NCBI GenBank assembly: GCA_049431945.1
Contig: JBMTDJ010000004.1
Span: 807 to 64,806, forward strand
Direction of reading: 5' to 3'
DNA length: 64,000 nucleotides
From: Candidatus Nanopelagicales bacterium
GTDB taxonomy: Bacteria > Actinomycetota > Actinomycetes > S36-B12
Of this stretch, positions 48,379-57,270 are shown one piece after another. A program made the translations under genes and the position numbers. The first letter of the stretch is position 1. Each line of letters starts with the position of its first letter. The notes under the pieces were generated by a model. That model saw nothing but the letters and a program-made list of their open reading frames with translations. It was not told the DNA's origin and made no database searches.

Positions 48379-49763
48379 CCTCCAGCGCACCCGCATCGCT
48401 CGAGTGGACAGCGACGGGAATCGCAGATGACGTCCGGTCGGGTCGTTGCACGGCAGTCGATGCGGTATCCGAATCGCTCACGCGCATTCGCGAGTTCGAC
48501 AGCGATGTCGACGCGTTCCAGGTCGTGCGCACGGAAAGTGCGCTGGCCGAGGCGGCGGCGGTGGATGCTCGATCGGATCGAGCGGCGCTGCCGCTCGCGG
48601 GAGTCCCGGTCGCCATCAAGGACAACGTGCCGGTCGCGGGCGAGCCGATGCGCGTCGGGTCCGCAGCCTCCTCGGATGCTCCGCAGCAGTCAGATCATCC
48701 CGTGGTGGAGCGCATTCGCGCTGCTGGCGGCGTGGTTGTCGGGCTCACCCGCGTGCCAGAACTCTGTGTCTTCGGTGCGACGGACTCCGTCTACGGCATC
48801 ACCCGCAATCCCTGGGACCTGTCGCGCACGGCGGGTGGTTCGAGCGGAGGCTCCGCCGCCGCGGTCGCGTCCGGCATGGTTCCTGTGGCGCACGGCAACG
48901 ACGGGATGGGGAGCGTGCGAATCCCCGCCGCCTGCTGCGGGCTGGTGGGCATCAAGCCCGGGCTCGGCGTCGTGCCGGCGCAACTCGGGTCCACCGATTG
49001 GTACTCGATGAGCGAGAACGGCGCGCTCGCCACGTCGGCGGGTGATGCCGCACTGCTTTTGTCGGTGATGGCAGGCGATCCCACCCTCGCGCGGGTCGGC
49101 TCACTCGACGAGCGCTTGCATGTCGCGGTGTCCTTCCGGCCACCTGTCGCGGGTGTGCCGGTCGATGCCGCGTGGGCAGCAGCGGCGGATTCGCTCGCGT
49201 CCCTGCTCCGCCGCGCGGGTCACGAGGTGCGTCGGGCAGATCCGCTCTCGGCCACCGATCCCACGGCCAACGCGGCAGCGATCGCGGGCCTGGTGCGGTG
49301 GTTCGCGGGTACGGCGGCAGACGCCGATGAACTGGACGCGGCGCAACTGGAGCCGCGCGTGCGGCGCCATGCCCTGCTCGGTCGGCTCGTCCGTCGTACA
49401 CCGCTCATGAGCGAGCGACTGCGCGATTCATGGATTGCTCACGCCGATGCGTTCCTCAGCGAGTACGACGTCCTCGTGACCCCTGCGCTCGCGCAGCCGC
49501 CGATCAATGCACGTCGGTGGTTCGGCGGTGGCTGGTCATCGACGATGCTGGCGAATATCCGCTACGCACCGTTCGCCGCGCCGTGGAACGTCGCGGGTAT
49601 GCCGGCCATCGTGATCCCCATGGGCGTGCATCCGCAGGCGGGCACACCGGTCGCGGCGCAGGTTGTTGCTCGGCGCGGATGCGAGTCCCTGCTGCTTGCT
49701 ATCGCCGGTTGGGTCGAGCATGTGCGACCGTGGCGACGCACCGCCCCCGGCTTCCCCGACTGA
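48375..49763 (+). CDS. Amidase (amidase-signature family)
   Basis: ATGA overlap with metB. GVPVAIKDN and GGSSGGSAAAVA are AS-family signature motifs. Confidence 0.9.
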   Translation: MTSSAPASLEWTATGIADDVRSGRCTAVDAVSESLTRIREFDSDVDAFQVVRTESALAEAAAVDARSDRAALPLAGVPVAIKDNVPVAGEPMRVGSAASSDAPQQSDHPVVERIRAAGGVVVGLTRVPELCVFGATDSVYGITRNPWDLSRTAGGSSGGSAAAVASGMVPVAHGNDGMGSVRIPAACCGLVGIKPGLGVVPAQLGSTDWYSMSENGALATSAGDAALLLSVMAGDPTLARVGSLDERLHVAVSFRPPVAGVPVDAAWAAAADSLASLLRRAGHEVRRADPLSATDPTANAAAIAGLVRWFAGTAADADELDAAQLEPRVRRHALLGRLVRRTPLMSERLRDSWIAHADAFLSEYDVLVTPALAQPPINARRWFGGGWSSTMLANIRYAPFAAPWNVAGMPAIVIPMGVHPQAGTPVAAQVVARRGCESLLLAIAGWVEHVRPWRRTAPGFPD

Positions 49764-49816
49764 GTTCGGTTACGCGCGTCGTGCAGGTGAGCGAGGCTTT
49801 TCGGGCGCGATAAGTC

Positions 49817-51073
49817 TCATGTGCGTGTGCGACGCAGGGTCTCGGGCATCGCCAGAACGAAGAGCAGGGCGATTGCGCTGACCGCCGCGCCGAAGGCGAA
49901 GGCCCAGTCGAAGCCGTAGAGGTCGAGCAGCAGGCCGCCGAGAAGCGGGCCGATCACCGCACCGATATCCGACACCATCTGGAATGCCGCGACGACGCTT
50001 CCGCCCTGGCGGCCGCCCATGATGTCGCCGACCACGGCTGACGGTGCGGACCCGAGGAAGGCGGATCCGATGGACATCACCACCATGCTGAGGAAGAACA
50101 CGACGAGGGCGACCGAGAGCGAGCCTGTCGCCAGATCGTCAATGACAAGCATGAGCATGCCGACGATGGTGGCTATCGTGCCGATGATCATCGCGGGCCT
50201 GCGTCCGCGCAGATCGGTCAGGCGACCAGCTGGCAGCAGGATCGCGGCCTGGACCACAGCGGCTACGAGGAACGCCCAGCCGGACAGGCTCGGCCCCTGC
50301 TGCAGTGCCTGAACGACGAAGAGCGGGATGAGCGCGCTGCGCAGGCCGAAGACGGTGAGGCCGGTGGTGAGATTGACGGCGAGGGCTGCGCGATACGCAC
50401 CGTTGCGCAGAGCCCCACGGAGCTCGGCCCAGCCCCCGAGGCGAGGTGGTTCTACCTCGGCGGGTTCGGTCGCCACGACCGCCGCCTCCCGTGCGGCCAG
50501 GCGCTTGGGCGAGAGGAATACCAGTGCGATCACGGTGGCGATCGCGAGGGTGCCGGCGTAGAAGAAGAACGGCGCTCGGATCGAGACGGCGAGCAGGATC
50601 CCGCCGATCGCGGGACCTGCCACGCCGCCAACGAGGAAGCCGCCCTGCCAGGCCGCGGACGCGCGTCCGCGCTGGTCGGCGTCGACGACTCGCAGAAGCA
50701 GTGCCATGGCGGACACGGTGAACATCGCTGAGCCGATGCCTCCGATCGCGCGCAGCACGAGCAACTGCGGATAGCTCTGGGAGAGTCCGGCAAAGAAGCT
50801 CGAGACGGCGACGACGGCGAGCCCGGTAGCCAGCACATTGCGCTCGCCGAAGCGGTTGGTCCAGGCTCCGGCAAACGGCGAGGACACGAAGCGCATGAGA
50901 GCGAACGCCGACACGACCGCCGAGGCGGCCAGGGCGGATACGCCGAAGGAGTCGGCGAAGATCGGGATCGACGGGATGACGATGCCGAAGCCGAGCGCGA
51001 CGAAGAAGGCGATGCTCGCCAGTACCGCTACCTCGACCGGCAGGTCCTTGAGCAGGGGCAGGCGGCTACGCAC
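49817..51073 (-). CDS. MFS transporter
   Basis: 418 aa with about 12 TM helices. A GRLTDLRGRRP motif A-like loop lies between TM8 and TM9. Confidence 0.88.
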   Translation of the reverse strand: MRSRLPLLKDLPVEVAVLASIAFFVALGFGIVIPSIPIFADSFGVSALAASAVVSAFALMRFVSSPFAGAWTNRFGERNVLATGLAVVAVSSFFAGLSQSYPQLLVLRAIGGIGSAMFTVSAMALLLRVVDADQRGRASAAWQGGFLVGGVAGPAIGGILLAVSIRAPFFFYAGTLAIATVIALVFLSPKRLAAREAAVVATEPAEVEPPRLGGWAELRGALRNGAYRAALAVNLTTGLTVFGLRSALIPLFVVQALQQGPSLSGWAFLVAAVVQAAILLPAGRLTDLRGRRPAMIIGTIATIVGMLMLVIDDLATGSLSVALVVFFLSMVVMSIGSAFLGSAPSAVVGDIMGGRQGGSVVAAFQMVSDIGAVIGPLLGGLLLDLYGFDWAFAFGAAVSAIALLFVLAMPETLRRTRT

Positions 51074-51165
51074 GATCCTCGAGCCTACGCAGCCGAGGCG
51101 TGTCCACGGTGGTCGCCCTGGGGGACAGGGGGAGGGTCACGATGCACGGCTCGAGGCAAGCAGGA

Positions 51166-53142
51166 TCAGGCGGAGCGGCGTCGACCCTTGCGGGATCGCA
51201 CGTAGTCGGTGACGACGTAGTCGCCGAGTCGGTCGCCGTCAGCGGCGAAGACCCGACCGCCATTGCGTCTGGCCATCGCATCGAGGAATCGGGCCAGACG
51301 CGGCTCGTCGCCAAGCCGGAACCACGAGATGGGTACTCCTCGGCGGGTGAGGCGATCGACGCCCGCGACTGTCAGCTCGACCGTCTCGCGATCGGGGGGC
51401 CAGTTGAACCACCAGTCCGGCCTCCCGAGGGGCCCGTCGACGAGGTGGGCGGTGGGCTCGCCATCGGTGACGACGAGGCAGATCCGCTCCGCGTCGCGAT
51501 GGCGGTCGAAGAATCTCTCGGCGAGCAGCAGCGCATGGTGGAGGTTTGTGCCCTGGATGTCGGAGGCGGCCAGGTCGACGAGTTCGTTCGGTTGGACCGT
51601 GCGCGCGAGGTTGGCGAAGGCGATTATCTCGATCGCATCCAGCGGGAATGCCGAACTCGCGAGGGATTGCAGTGCGAGTGCCGTCATCTTGGCGGGACGC
51701 CAGGTGTCGTTCATCACCATGGAGAACGACTGATCGACGAGAAGCGCGACCGCCGCGCGCGTGCGCGTCTCGGTCTCGCGCACCTCGAAGTCCTCGGCTG
51801 AGAGGCGCAGTCCCGAACCGGACCGGGCGGACTGGCTCTCGGACAGGGAACGGCGCACGGCATTGCCGACCGTGCGGATGACATCAAGGGGTTGCTCGTC
51901 ACCGAACTCCCACGCGCGCGTCTGGCCGGTGAGCTCGCCTGAGGCGCCGGATGCTCGTACGTCGTGATCACCCCGGGCGCCGGCCTGCATGTCGGCGAAG
52001 ACGCGACGCAAGGCTGTGCGCCCGATGCGACGGATCGCCTTGGGTGACAGTTCCATCCGCTCGGTGAGGTAGCCCTGCTCCCGCAGATCTCGCTCGATCT
52101 CGCGCAGCCGCTCGACATCGTCGACGGCGGAGCGACCGAGTGCTCGCTCGAGGGCATCGAGGTCGATGTCGTCGAGTGCGGCCCCGGCGTAGTCCTGCCC
52201 GAGCTGCTGCTCCAGCGCCTCGAGATCGGCCATCTCGGCCAGCGCCTCGGTGGCGTCGGGTAAGCCGAGCCCCGCCTCGCCGGTCATGCGCTGCCGGCCG
52301 CTCCACGGCAGATCCGGTCGTAGTGCACGCAGATGCTCCTGCAACTGCGCCATCTCGCTGGCCAGGTCGAGGTCCTGCCACGCCTGCGCCATGAGGCCGG
52401 CCAGTTCCTCGCGCTGATCTGGACTGAGCGAGTCGAGCATGCGCTGCATGGCCGCCGCCCGGCGAGCCAGATCATCGAGCAACTCCTCCAGTGTCTCGGG
52501 GGAGTCGGGGAAGAGATCGCCGTGCTTGTGCATGAACTCGGCGAAGTCCTCGGTCGTGTCCTCGCCACGGCGGTGCTTGTCGAGCATCCGGTTGAGATCG
52601 GCCATCATGTCCTTGACCGCCTGCTGCGCCGCCGGATCTCCCGGATTCTTCAGCGCCTGGGACATCTGCCGGAATTGCTGATCGAGCACATCGCGCTTGA
52701 GCAGGTCCTTGATCGCCTCGTACTCCGCGCGCGCTCCGGCCGACGTCCAGTCATAGTCGGAGAGTTCGCGGACGGCGCGCGATGTGTCCTCGGGGAGCAT
52801 GTCGAGCATCGCCTCGCGGAAGCGCGCGTCGTCGGAAGGGTCCGGGAAGAGCGCGGTGCGCTCATGCTCGACGGCGCGGTCGAGGTGCTCGCGCACCTGC
52901 TCGAGCAGGCCATCCAGTCGACCCGACTTCTGAAGTTCGCGCCGTCGTTGCGCAAGGCGCTGACGCCACTCGTCGAGGCCTCGAGCGCCGTCCATCCCGC
53001 GCCGCATGAGATCGCGCAGCGCTTCGCGCACGCTGGCGCCATCCAGCAGTCGATCGCCCAGAGCGTCGACAGCCGCACCCGCGTCGACCGGATCCGCGAG
53101 CGGGTCAGGGCCGCCGTGGAAGGCGCCGTAGCGGTAGCGCAC
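51166..53142 (-). CDS. VWA-domain protein with long acidic helical N-terminal region (Rv0959-like)
   Basis: 658 aa with a GTG start directly abutting the stop of the upstream ATPase gene. The C-terminal VWA domain has an intact MIDAS (LLVDQSFSM = DxSxS, GTN, VTDGEPT). The N-terminal ~430 aa are helical and rich in D/E/R/L. Confidence 0.88.
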   Translation of the reverse strand: MRYRYGAFHGGPDPLADPVDAGAAVDALGDRLLDGASVREALRDLMRRGMDGARGLDEWRQRLAQRRRELQKSGRLDGLLEQVREHLDRAVEHERTALFPDPSDDARFREAMLDMLPEDTSRAVRELSDYDWTSAGARAEYEAIKDLLKRDVLDQQFRQMSQALKNPGDPAAQQAVKDMMADLNRMLDKHRRGEDTTEDFAEFMHKHGDLFPDSPETLEELLDDLARRAAAMQRMLDSLSPDQREELAGLMAQAWQDLDLASEMAQLQEHLRALRPDLPWSGRQRMTGEAGLGLPDATEALAEMADLEALEQQLGQDYAGAALDDIDLDALERALGRSAVDDVERLREIERDLREQGYLTERMELSPKAIRRIGRTALRRVFADMQAGARGDHDVRASGASGELTGQTRAWEFGDEQPLDVIRTVGNAVRRSLSESQSARSGSGLRLSAEDFEVRETETRTRAAVALLVDQSFSMVMNDTWRPAKMTALALQSLASSAFPLDAIEIIAFANLARTVQPNELVDLAASDIQGTNLHHALLLAERFFDRHRDAERICLVVTDGEPTAHLVDGPLGRPDWWFNWPPDRETVELTVAGVDRLTRRGVPISWFRLGDEPRLARFLDAMARRNGGRVFAADGDRLGDYVVTDYVRSRKGRRRSA

Positions 53143-54564
53143 CTACTCCGCCCCCACCGCTTCGTAGCGGGCTCCGCCCTCGGACTCGTCCTTGTCGATG
53201 CGGCGAGTCAGCCAGAGCCCCTCGAGGGCGAGCTCGACGCTGGCCGCGGCAATGCCTGCCGTGGGCTCCGCATCGGGACCCTCGACCGCGGCGACAAGTC
53301 GGCCCAGTCCTTCCCAGGCGCCTGCGGCCTGCAGGAGGTCGGTGGATGTCACGAGGTCGCCGATCTCGATGACGCCGCCCTCGTCGAGGACCTCGATGAG
53401 CGGTGTGAGGTCGACACCCCCGAGGTGACGCCGGAACACCTCGGCGGTGGCTTTGCGCGCGAGGTGCTGCAGCACATCGTCCTCGCGCCCCTCCTCGCTC
53501 ACTTCGAACTCCACTTTGCCCCGTAGCGACGGGACCACTCCTGCGAGGTCGCCGATGCGTGCGACGGCCTCGTCGCCAGTGATGGCCGAACGACGCAGTG
53601 CAGCACCTGCGAGCGCCTCGGCTGCGGCGATCGCGAAGCGCGCTGAGACACCGCTGCGCTGATCGACGGCTCCGGACTCGCGCACCAGGCGCGTGAAGCG
53701 AGCGATGACCTCCATGAGGTGCAGGGGGACGACAGCGACGAGGTCAGCCTCCTGTGCGATGAGGTCGACCTCATGCTGTACGTCGTAGGGGTAGTGGGTG
53801 GTGATCTCCGCGCCGAAGCGGTCCTTCATGGGCGTGATGATGCGACCACGGTTGGTGTAGTCCTCCGGATTGGCGCTCGCCATGACGAGTAGATCGAGGG
53901 GGAGGCGCAGGGTGTAGCCGCGAACTTGGATGTCGCGCTCCTCGAGCACGTTGAGCAAGGCGACCTGGATGCGTTCGGCGAGATCAGGAAGCTCGTTGAT
54001 CGCGAAGATTCCGCGATTGGTGCGCGGCACGAGCCCGAAGTGGATCGTCTCCGGATCGCCCAGTGTGCGTCCCTCCGCGACCTTGACCGGATCGACATCG
54101 CCCACGAGGTCGCCGACCGACGTGTCCGGCGTCGCCAGCTTCTCGCCGTATCTCTCGCTGCGGTGCTTCCAGGTCACGGGGGTGTCGTCTCCGCGCTCAT
54201 CGACCAGGCGCCGCCCGTAGGCGCTCACCGGTGACAGCGGATCGTCGTTGACCTCGGATCCCTCGATGATGGGCGTCCATTCATCCAGGAGACCGACGAG
54301 CGTGCGAATGAGTCGAGTCTTGCCCTGGCCTCGCTCGCCGAGCAGAACGATGTCGTGACCGGCCAGGAGCGCGCGCTCCACCTGGGGGATGACCGTCTGC
54401 TCGAAGCCGACGATCCCCGGCAAAGTGGGCTCCCCAGCGGCAAGGCGCGCGGCGAGGTTTGCTCGGATCTCCTCCTTGACGCTCCTCGACTCGTAGCCGC
54501 TCGCTCGTAGGGCCCCGAGCGTGCGAGGAAGGTCGTCGGGCGGAGGGGGAGCCAGAGACGTCAT
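53143..54564 (-). CDS. AAA+ ATPase of the ChlI/Mg-chelatase-like group (Rv0958-like; often mislabelled as a sigma-54-interacting regulator)
   Basis: Track ORF 53143..54615, trimmed to MTSLAPPPP. Walker A LLGERGQGKT, Walker B-like GIFAINELPDL, sensor-1 MASANPED and PMKDRF (Arg finger region). Confidence 0.88.
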   Translation of the reverse strand: MTSLAPPPPDDLPRTLGALRASGYESRSVKEEIRANLAARLAAGEPTLPGIVGFEQTVIPQVERALLAGHDIVLLGERGQGKTRLIRTLVGLLDEWTPIIEGSEVNDDPLSPVSAYGRRLVDERGDDTPVTWKHRSERYGEKLATPDTSVGDLVGDVDPVKVAEGRTLGDPETIHFGLVPRTNRGIFAINELPDLAERIQVALLNVLEERDIQVRGYTLRLPLDLLVMASANPEDYTNRGRIITPMKDRFGAEITTHYPYDVQHEVDLIAQEADLVAVVPLHLMEVIARFTRLVRESGAVDQRSGVSARFAIAAAEALAGAALRRSAITGDEAVARIGDLAGVVPSLRGKVEFEVSEEGREDDVLQHLARKATAEVFRRHLGGVDLTPLIEVLDEGGVIEIGDLVTSTDLLQAAGAWEGLGRLVAAVEGPDAEPTAGIAAASVELALEGLWLTRRIDKDESEGGARYEAVGAE

Positions 54565-54583
54565 GCACCGACGGTACGTCAGG

Positions 54584-55888
54584 ATGGGGGGTATGGCTCC
54601 CGGAGGCCCGAGCAATGCCCGGTGCTCCGTTGCCCTGCGCCGCGGGCTCGATGCTGCGGTCCCGGACGCGGTACGCGCGGCCGTGAACGATCTGGGCGCT
54701 GCCCCTCACCTCGCCATTGTCGAGGTCAGCGCCCCGGGTGAGCCCCTTTCCGCGGGTCGCGCCCTGGCGCAGGCGGCGGCCCTCATCGACGAGGTCGTCC
54801 CCGGATGCCTGGTGATCGGTTCGAATGCGCACGGCGTCATCGGTGAGCTTGCCTCGGTGGAGATCGAACCGGCCATCTCGGTGTGGCTTGCCCACCTGCC
54901 GGGGGCGCGACTGCGCGGGTTCCGGCTTGCGACCGTTCCCGCGCCGCATGGGGGTCGGGCGTTGACCGGGCTCCCGGAACTCGCGGACGACGACCGGCTC
55001 GCACTGCTGCTGGCCGATCCGTGGACCCTCCCGGCCGACGAGGTCGTGGCCGCCTTCTCTCGCGTCGACGGCCCGCTGCCGGTCGTGGGCGGTCTCGTCT
55101 CGGGTGGTCGCGCCCGTGGGCAGTCCCGGCTCCTCCTGGATGGCGCGGTGTTCGACAACGGGGGCGTGGGCGTTGTCCTCGACGCTGAATCACCCGTGCG
55201 CGTCGTCGTGAGCCAGGGGTGCCGACCGGTCGGCGACCCGATGACGGTGACCGCGGCGGACGGCACCACCGTCCATGAGCTCGCCGGTCGCCCGGCGCTG
55301 GAGCGCCTGCGTGATGTCGTTGCGGGCCTCGATGCCGACGACCAGGCCCTTGCGGTGCGCGGCCTTCACGTGGGCATCGCGCGCGATCATCGGGTCGATG
55401 GCGGGCATGCGGCCGACTTCGTCATCCGCGGGATCCTCGGCGTCGATGCCCAGAGCGGCGCAGTGTCGGTCGGCGATGACGTCGAGATCGGATCGCTCGT
55501 TCGACTCCATCTGCGCGATGCCGACTCTGCTGACGCCGACCTGCGCACCGTGGTGGGACTCGCCGGCCGCGACAGTGCCGCTGTGGGGGCCTATCTCTTC
55601 ACGTGCAATGGCCGTGGCGGGGCGATGTTCACGAGTTCGGATCACGACGCGTCGATCGTGCGGGAAGGGCTCGGCACCGTGGCCGTGGGCGGCTTCTTCG
55701 CCGCGGGAGAGATCGGCCCCGTGGGTGGTGACAACCACCTCCACGGCTTCACCGCCGTGCTCCTCGTGGTGGAGCCCAGGCGGGTCGACGGCGCACCGGT
55801 CGAGGTGAGTCGGCCCGCGGACTGGGACGTGGAGTTCGACGTAGCGCGCCTCGATGCTGAGCTGCGCGACCTCTTCGGGTCGGAGTGA
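54584..55888 (+). CDS. FIST-domain sensor protein (FIST_N + FIST_C)
   Basis: Track ORF 54521..55888, trimmed so that it does not overlap the divergent ATPase gene. ATG 54584 and ATG 54593 are both possible starts. YLFTCNGRGGAMF and GFFAAGEIGPV are typical FIST_C blocks. Confidence 0.78.
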   Translation: MGGMAPGGPSNARCSVALRRGLDAAVPDAVRAAVNDLGAAPHLAIVEVSAPGEPLSAGRALAQAAALIDEVVPGCLVIGSNAHGVIGELASVEIEPAISVWLAHLPGARLRGFRLATVPAPHGGRALTGLPELADDDRLALLLADPWTLPADEVVAAFSRVDGPLPVVGGLVSGGRARGQSRLLLDGAVFDNGGVGVVLDAESPVRVVVSQGCRPVGDPMTVTAADGTTVHELAGRPALERLRDVVAGLDADDQALAVRGLHVGIARDHRVDGGHAADFVIRGILGVDAQSGAVSVGDDVEIGSLVRLHLRDADSADADLRTVVGLAGRDSAAVGAYLFTCNGRGGAMFTSSDHDASIVREGLGTVAVGGFFAAGEIGPVGGDNHLHGFTAVLLVVEPRRVDGAPVEVSRPADWDVEFDVARLDAELRDLFGSE

Positions 55889-55917
55889 CCTCATCATCCA
55901 CAGACTCCCGCGCGGCA

Positions 55918-55948
55918 TTGACCATGATGCTCGTTCACGAATTACGGT
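55918..55948 (+). promoter_or_regulatory. Candidate promoter TTGACC-N19-TACGGT, possibly giving a leaderless transcript
   Basis: A -35-like TTGACC (55918..55923) and a TAnnnT-type -10 TACGGT (55943..55948) lie in a locally GC-poorer spacer. The GTG at 55955 is 7 nt after the -10. The 19-nt spacing is long. Confidence 0.3.
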
Positions 55949-55954
55949 GTCCAG

Positions 55955-56461
55955 GTGATGGCCAGGGACCAGCATCGCTCCGCGGTCTACGCCGCTGAGG
56001 AGCAGTGGGCACGACAACTCGCGCGCGGGGGTGCGATCGACTTCTTCGGGTCGCCCCTTCAGGTGCCCACCGAGCGTCGATTTGCCGACATCGCCTCAGT
56101 CCAGGCCTACGTCGATGCCGTTCTCGGGCTTATCGGCATCATCACTCACTGGCCAGGTGCGGGGCCCGTGCGTGTGCGTGAGCGACGCGGCGCGGGTCGA
56201 GCCCACTACGTCGATGGCGTCATCGCACTACCGATCACCGGAGCCGTCGGCGAGCGCTGGGCCGCACGTGAAACGGTCGTTCTCCACGAGCTTGCGCACC
56301 ACCTTGTCGCCCGGTCCCATCCAGGTGCGGTCGCGCACGGTCCGGAATTCTGCGGGGATGAGCTGCGCCTGGTCGAGATCGTTCTCGGCCCTGAGGCGGC
56401 CCTGCTCCTGCGAGCGGCATTCGACGGTGCGGGCGTGCCTGTCGCGGAGCGGGTGCGATGA
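55955..56461 (+). CDS. Putative zinc metallohydrolase with HExxH motif (TIGR04338-like / SprT-like)
   Basis: 168 aa. VVLHELAHHL...GHGPEF is an HExxH plus downstream His pattern. The family assignment is from memory. Confidence 0.75.
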   Translation: MMARDQHRSAVYAAEEQWARQLARGGAIDFFGSPLQVPTERRFADIASVQAYVDAVLGLIGIITHWPGAGPVRVRERRGAGRAHYVDGVIALPITGAVGERWAARETVVLHELAHHLVARSHPGAVAHGPEFCGDELRLVEIVLGPEAALLLRAAFDGAGVPVAERVR

Positions 56462-57270
56462 GGCACCTCGACACCATTGCCGCCCTCCTGGTCAAGGCCG
56501 AGCGCAGCGACAATCCCCATGAGGCTGAGGCCTATCTCGCGAAGGCGCAGGTCCTCGCGACCCAGGCCAGCGTGGACCTGGCGGTGGCCCGAGCGCTCAC
56601 GGCCAAGCGCGAGGCCCGCGAGCAGCCGACCAGCGTCACCATCACCATCGGCGAGCGGGGCAAGCGAGCCAACACCCATCTGGTGACACTTTTTGTCGTC
56701 GTGGGACGGTGCAACTCGATCCAGGTCGATATCGCGCACAACTCCACCTATGTCATTGCGTATGGGATGCCCAGCGACATCGAGCTGGTCGAGGCGCTCT
56801 TCGGTTCGTTGGCGACCCAGATGACGGCGTCAGCCACGACATGGCTGGGAGCAGGGGAGTGGAAGGGCGACTCGTACGTCGCACGCGACGGCCAGCGCAA
56901 GCCTCACACCGCTCAGACCGCTCGAGCGGCGTTCTACCGAGCCTTCATCGATCGCATCGAGGATCGCCTGCAGGAGGCACGCGAGGAGGTACTCGCCGAG
57001 GCCGAGAGACAGCGGGTCGACATTCCGGCGGAAGTCCCGGGTGGCAAGGCCGTGGCGACGACGGGTGCGCTGGTCCTGCGCAGCAAGGAGTCGGAGGTGC
57101 GCAGTTTCTATCGCAAGTCCTCCACGGCTCGCGGGAGATGGTCGGGCTACTCGGGTGCGGTCAGCCGGCGTGCTGGCAGTGCTTCGCGCGCCGGGCGAGA
57201 CGCGGCCGATCGAGCACGCACCACGAGCGCCAAGGGGATTGCAACCAAGGGCCCTGGGCTCAGCGCCTAG
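56458..57270 (+). CDS. DUF2786-domain protein
   Basis: ATGA overlap with the metallohydrolase gene. N-terminal IAALLVKAERSDNPHEAEAYLAKAQVLA matches the DUF2786 helix pair. The rest is helical, with a basic Ser/Arg-rich C-terminus. Confidence 0.75.
   Translation: MRHLDTIAALLVKAERSDNPHEAEAYLAKAQVLATQASVDLAVARALTAKREAREQPTSVTITIGERGKRANTHLVTLFVVVGRCNSIQVDIAHNSTYVIAYGMPSDIELVEALFGSLATQMTASATTWLGAGEWKGDSYVARDGQRKPHTAQTARAAFYRAFIDRIEDRLQEAREEVLAEAERQRVDIPAEVPGGKAVATTGALVLRSKESEVRSFYRKSSTARGRWSGYSGAVSRRAGSASRAGRDAADRARTTSAKGIATKGPGLSA

Noticed and set aside
52333-53526. 397-aa plus-strand ORF opposite the VWA/AAA+ junction
   Set aside because: The minus-strand genes have clear MIDAS and Walker motifs. 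The plus-strand product is Leu/Arg/Glu/His-rich and looks like a mirror image of the acidic helical region.
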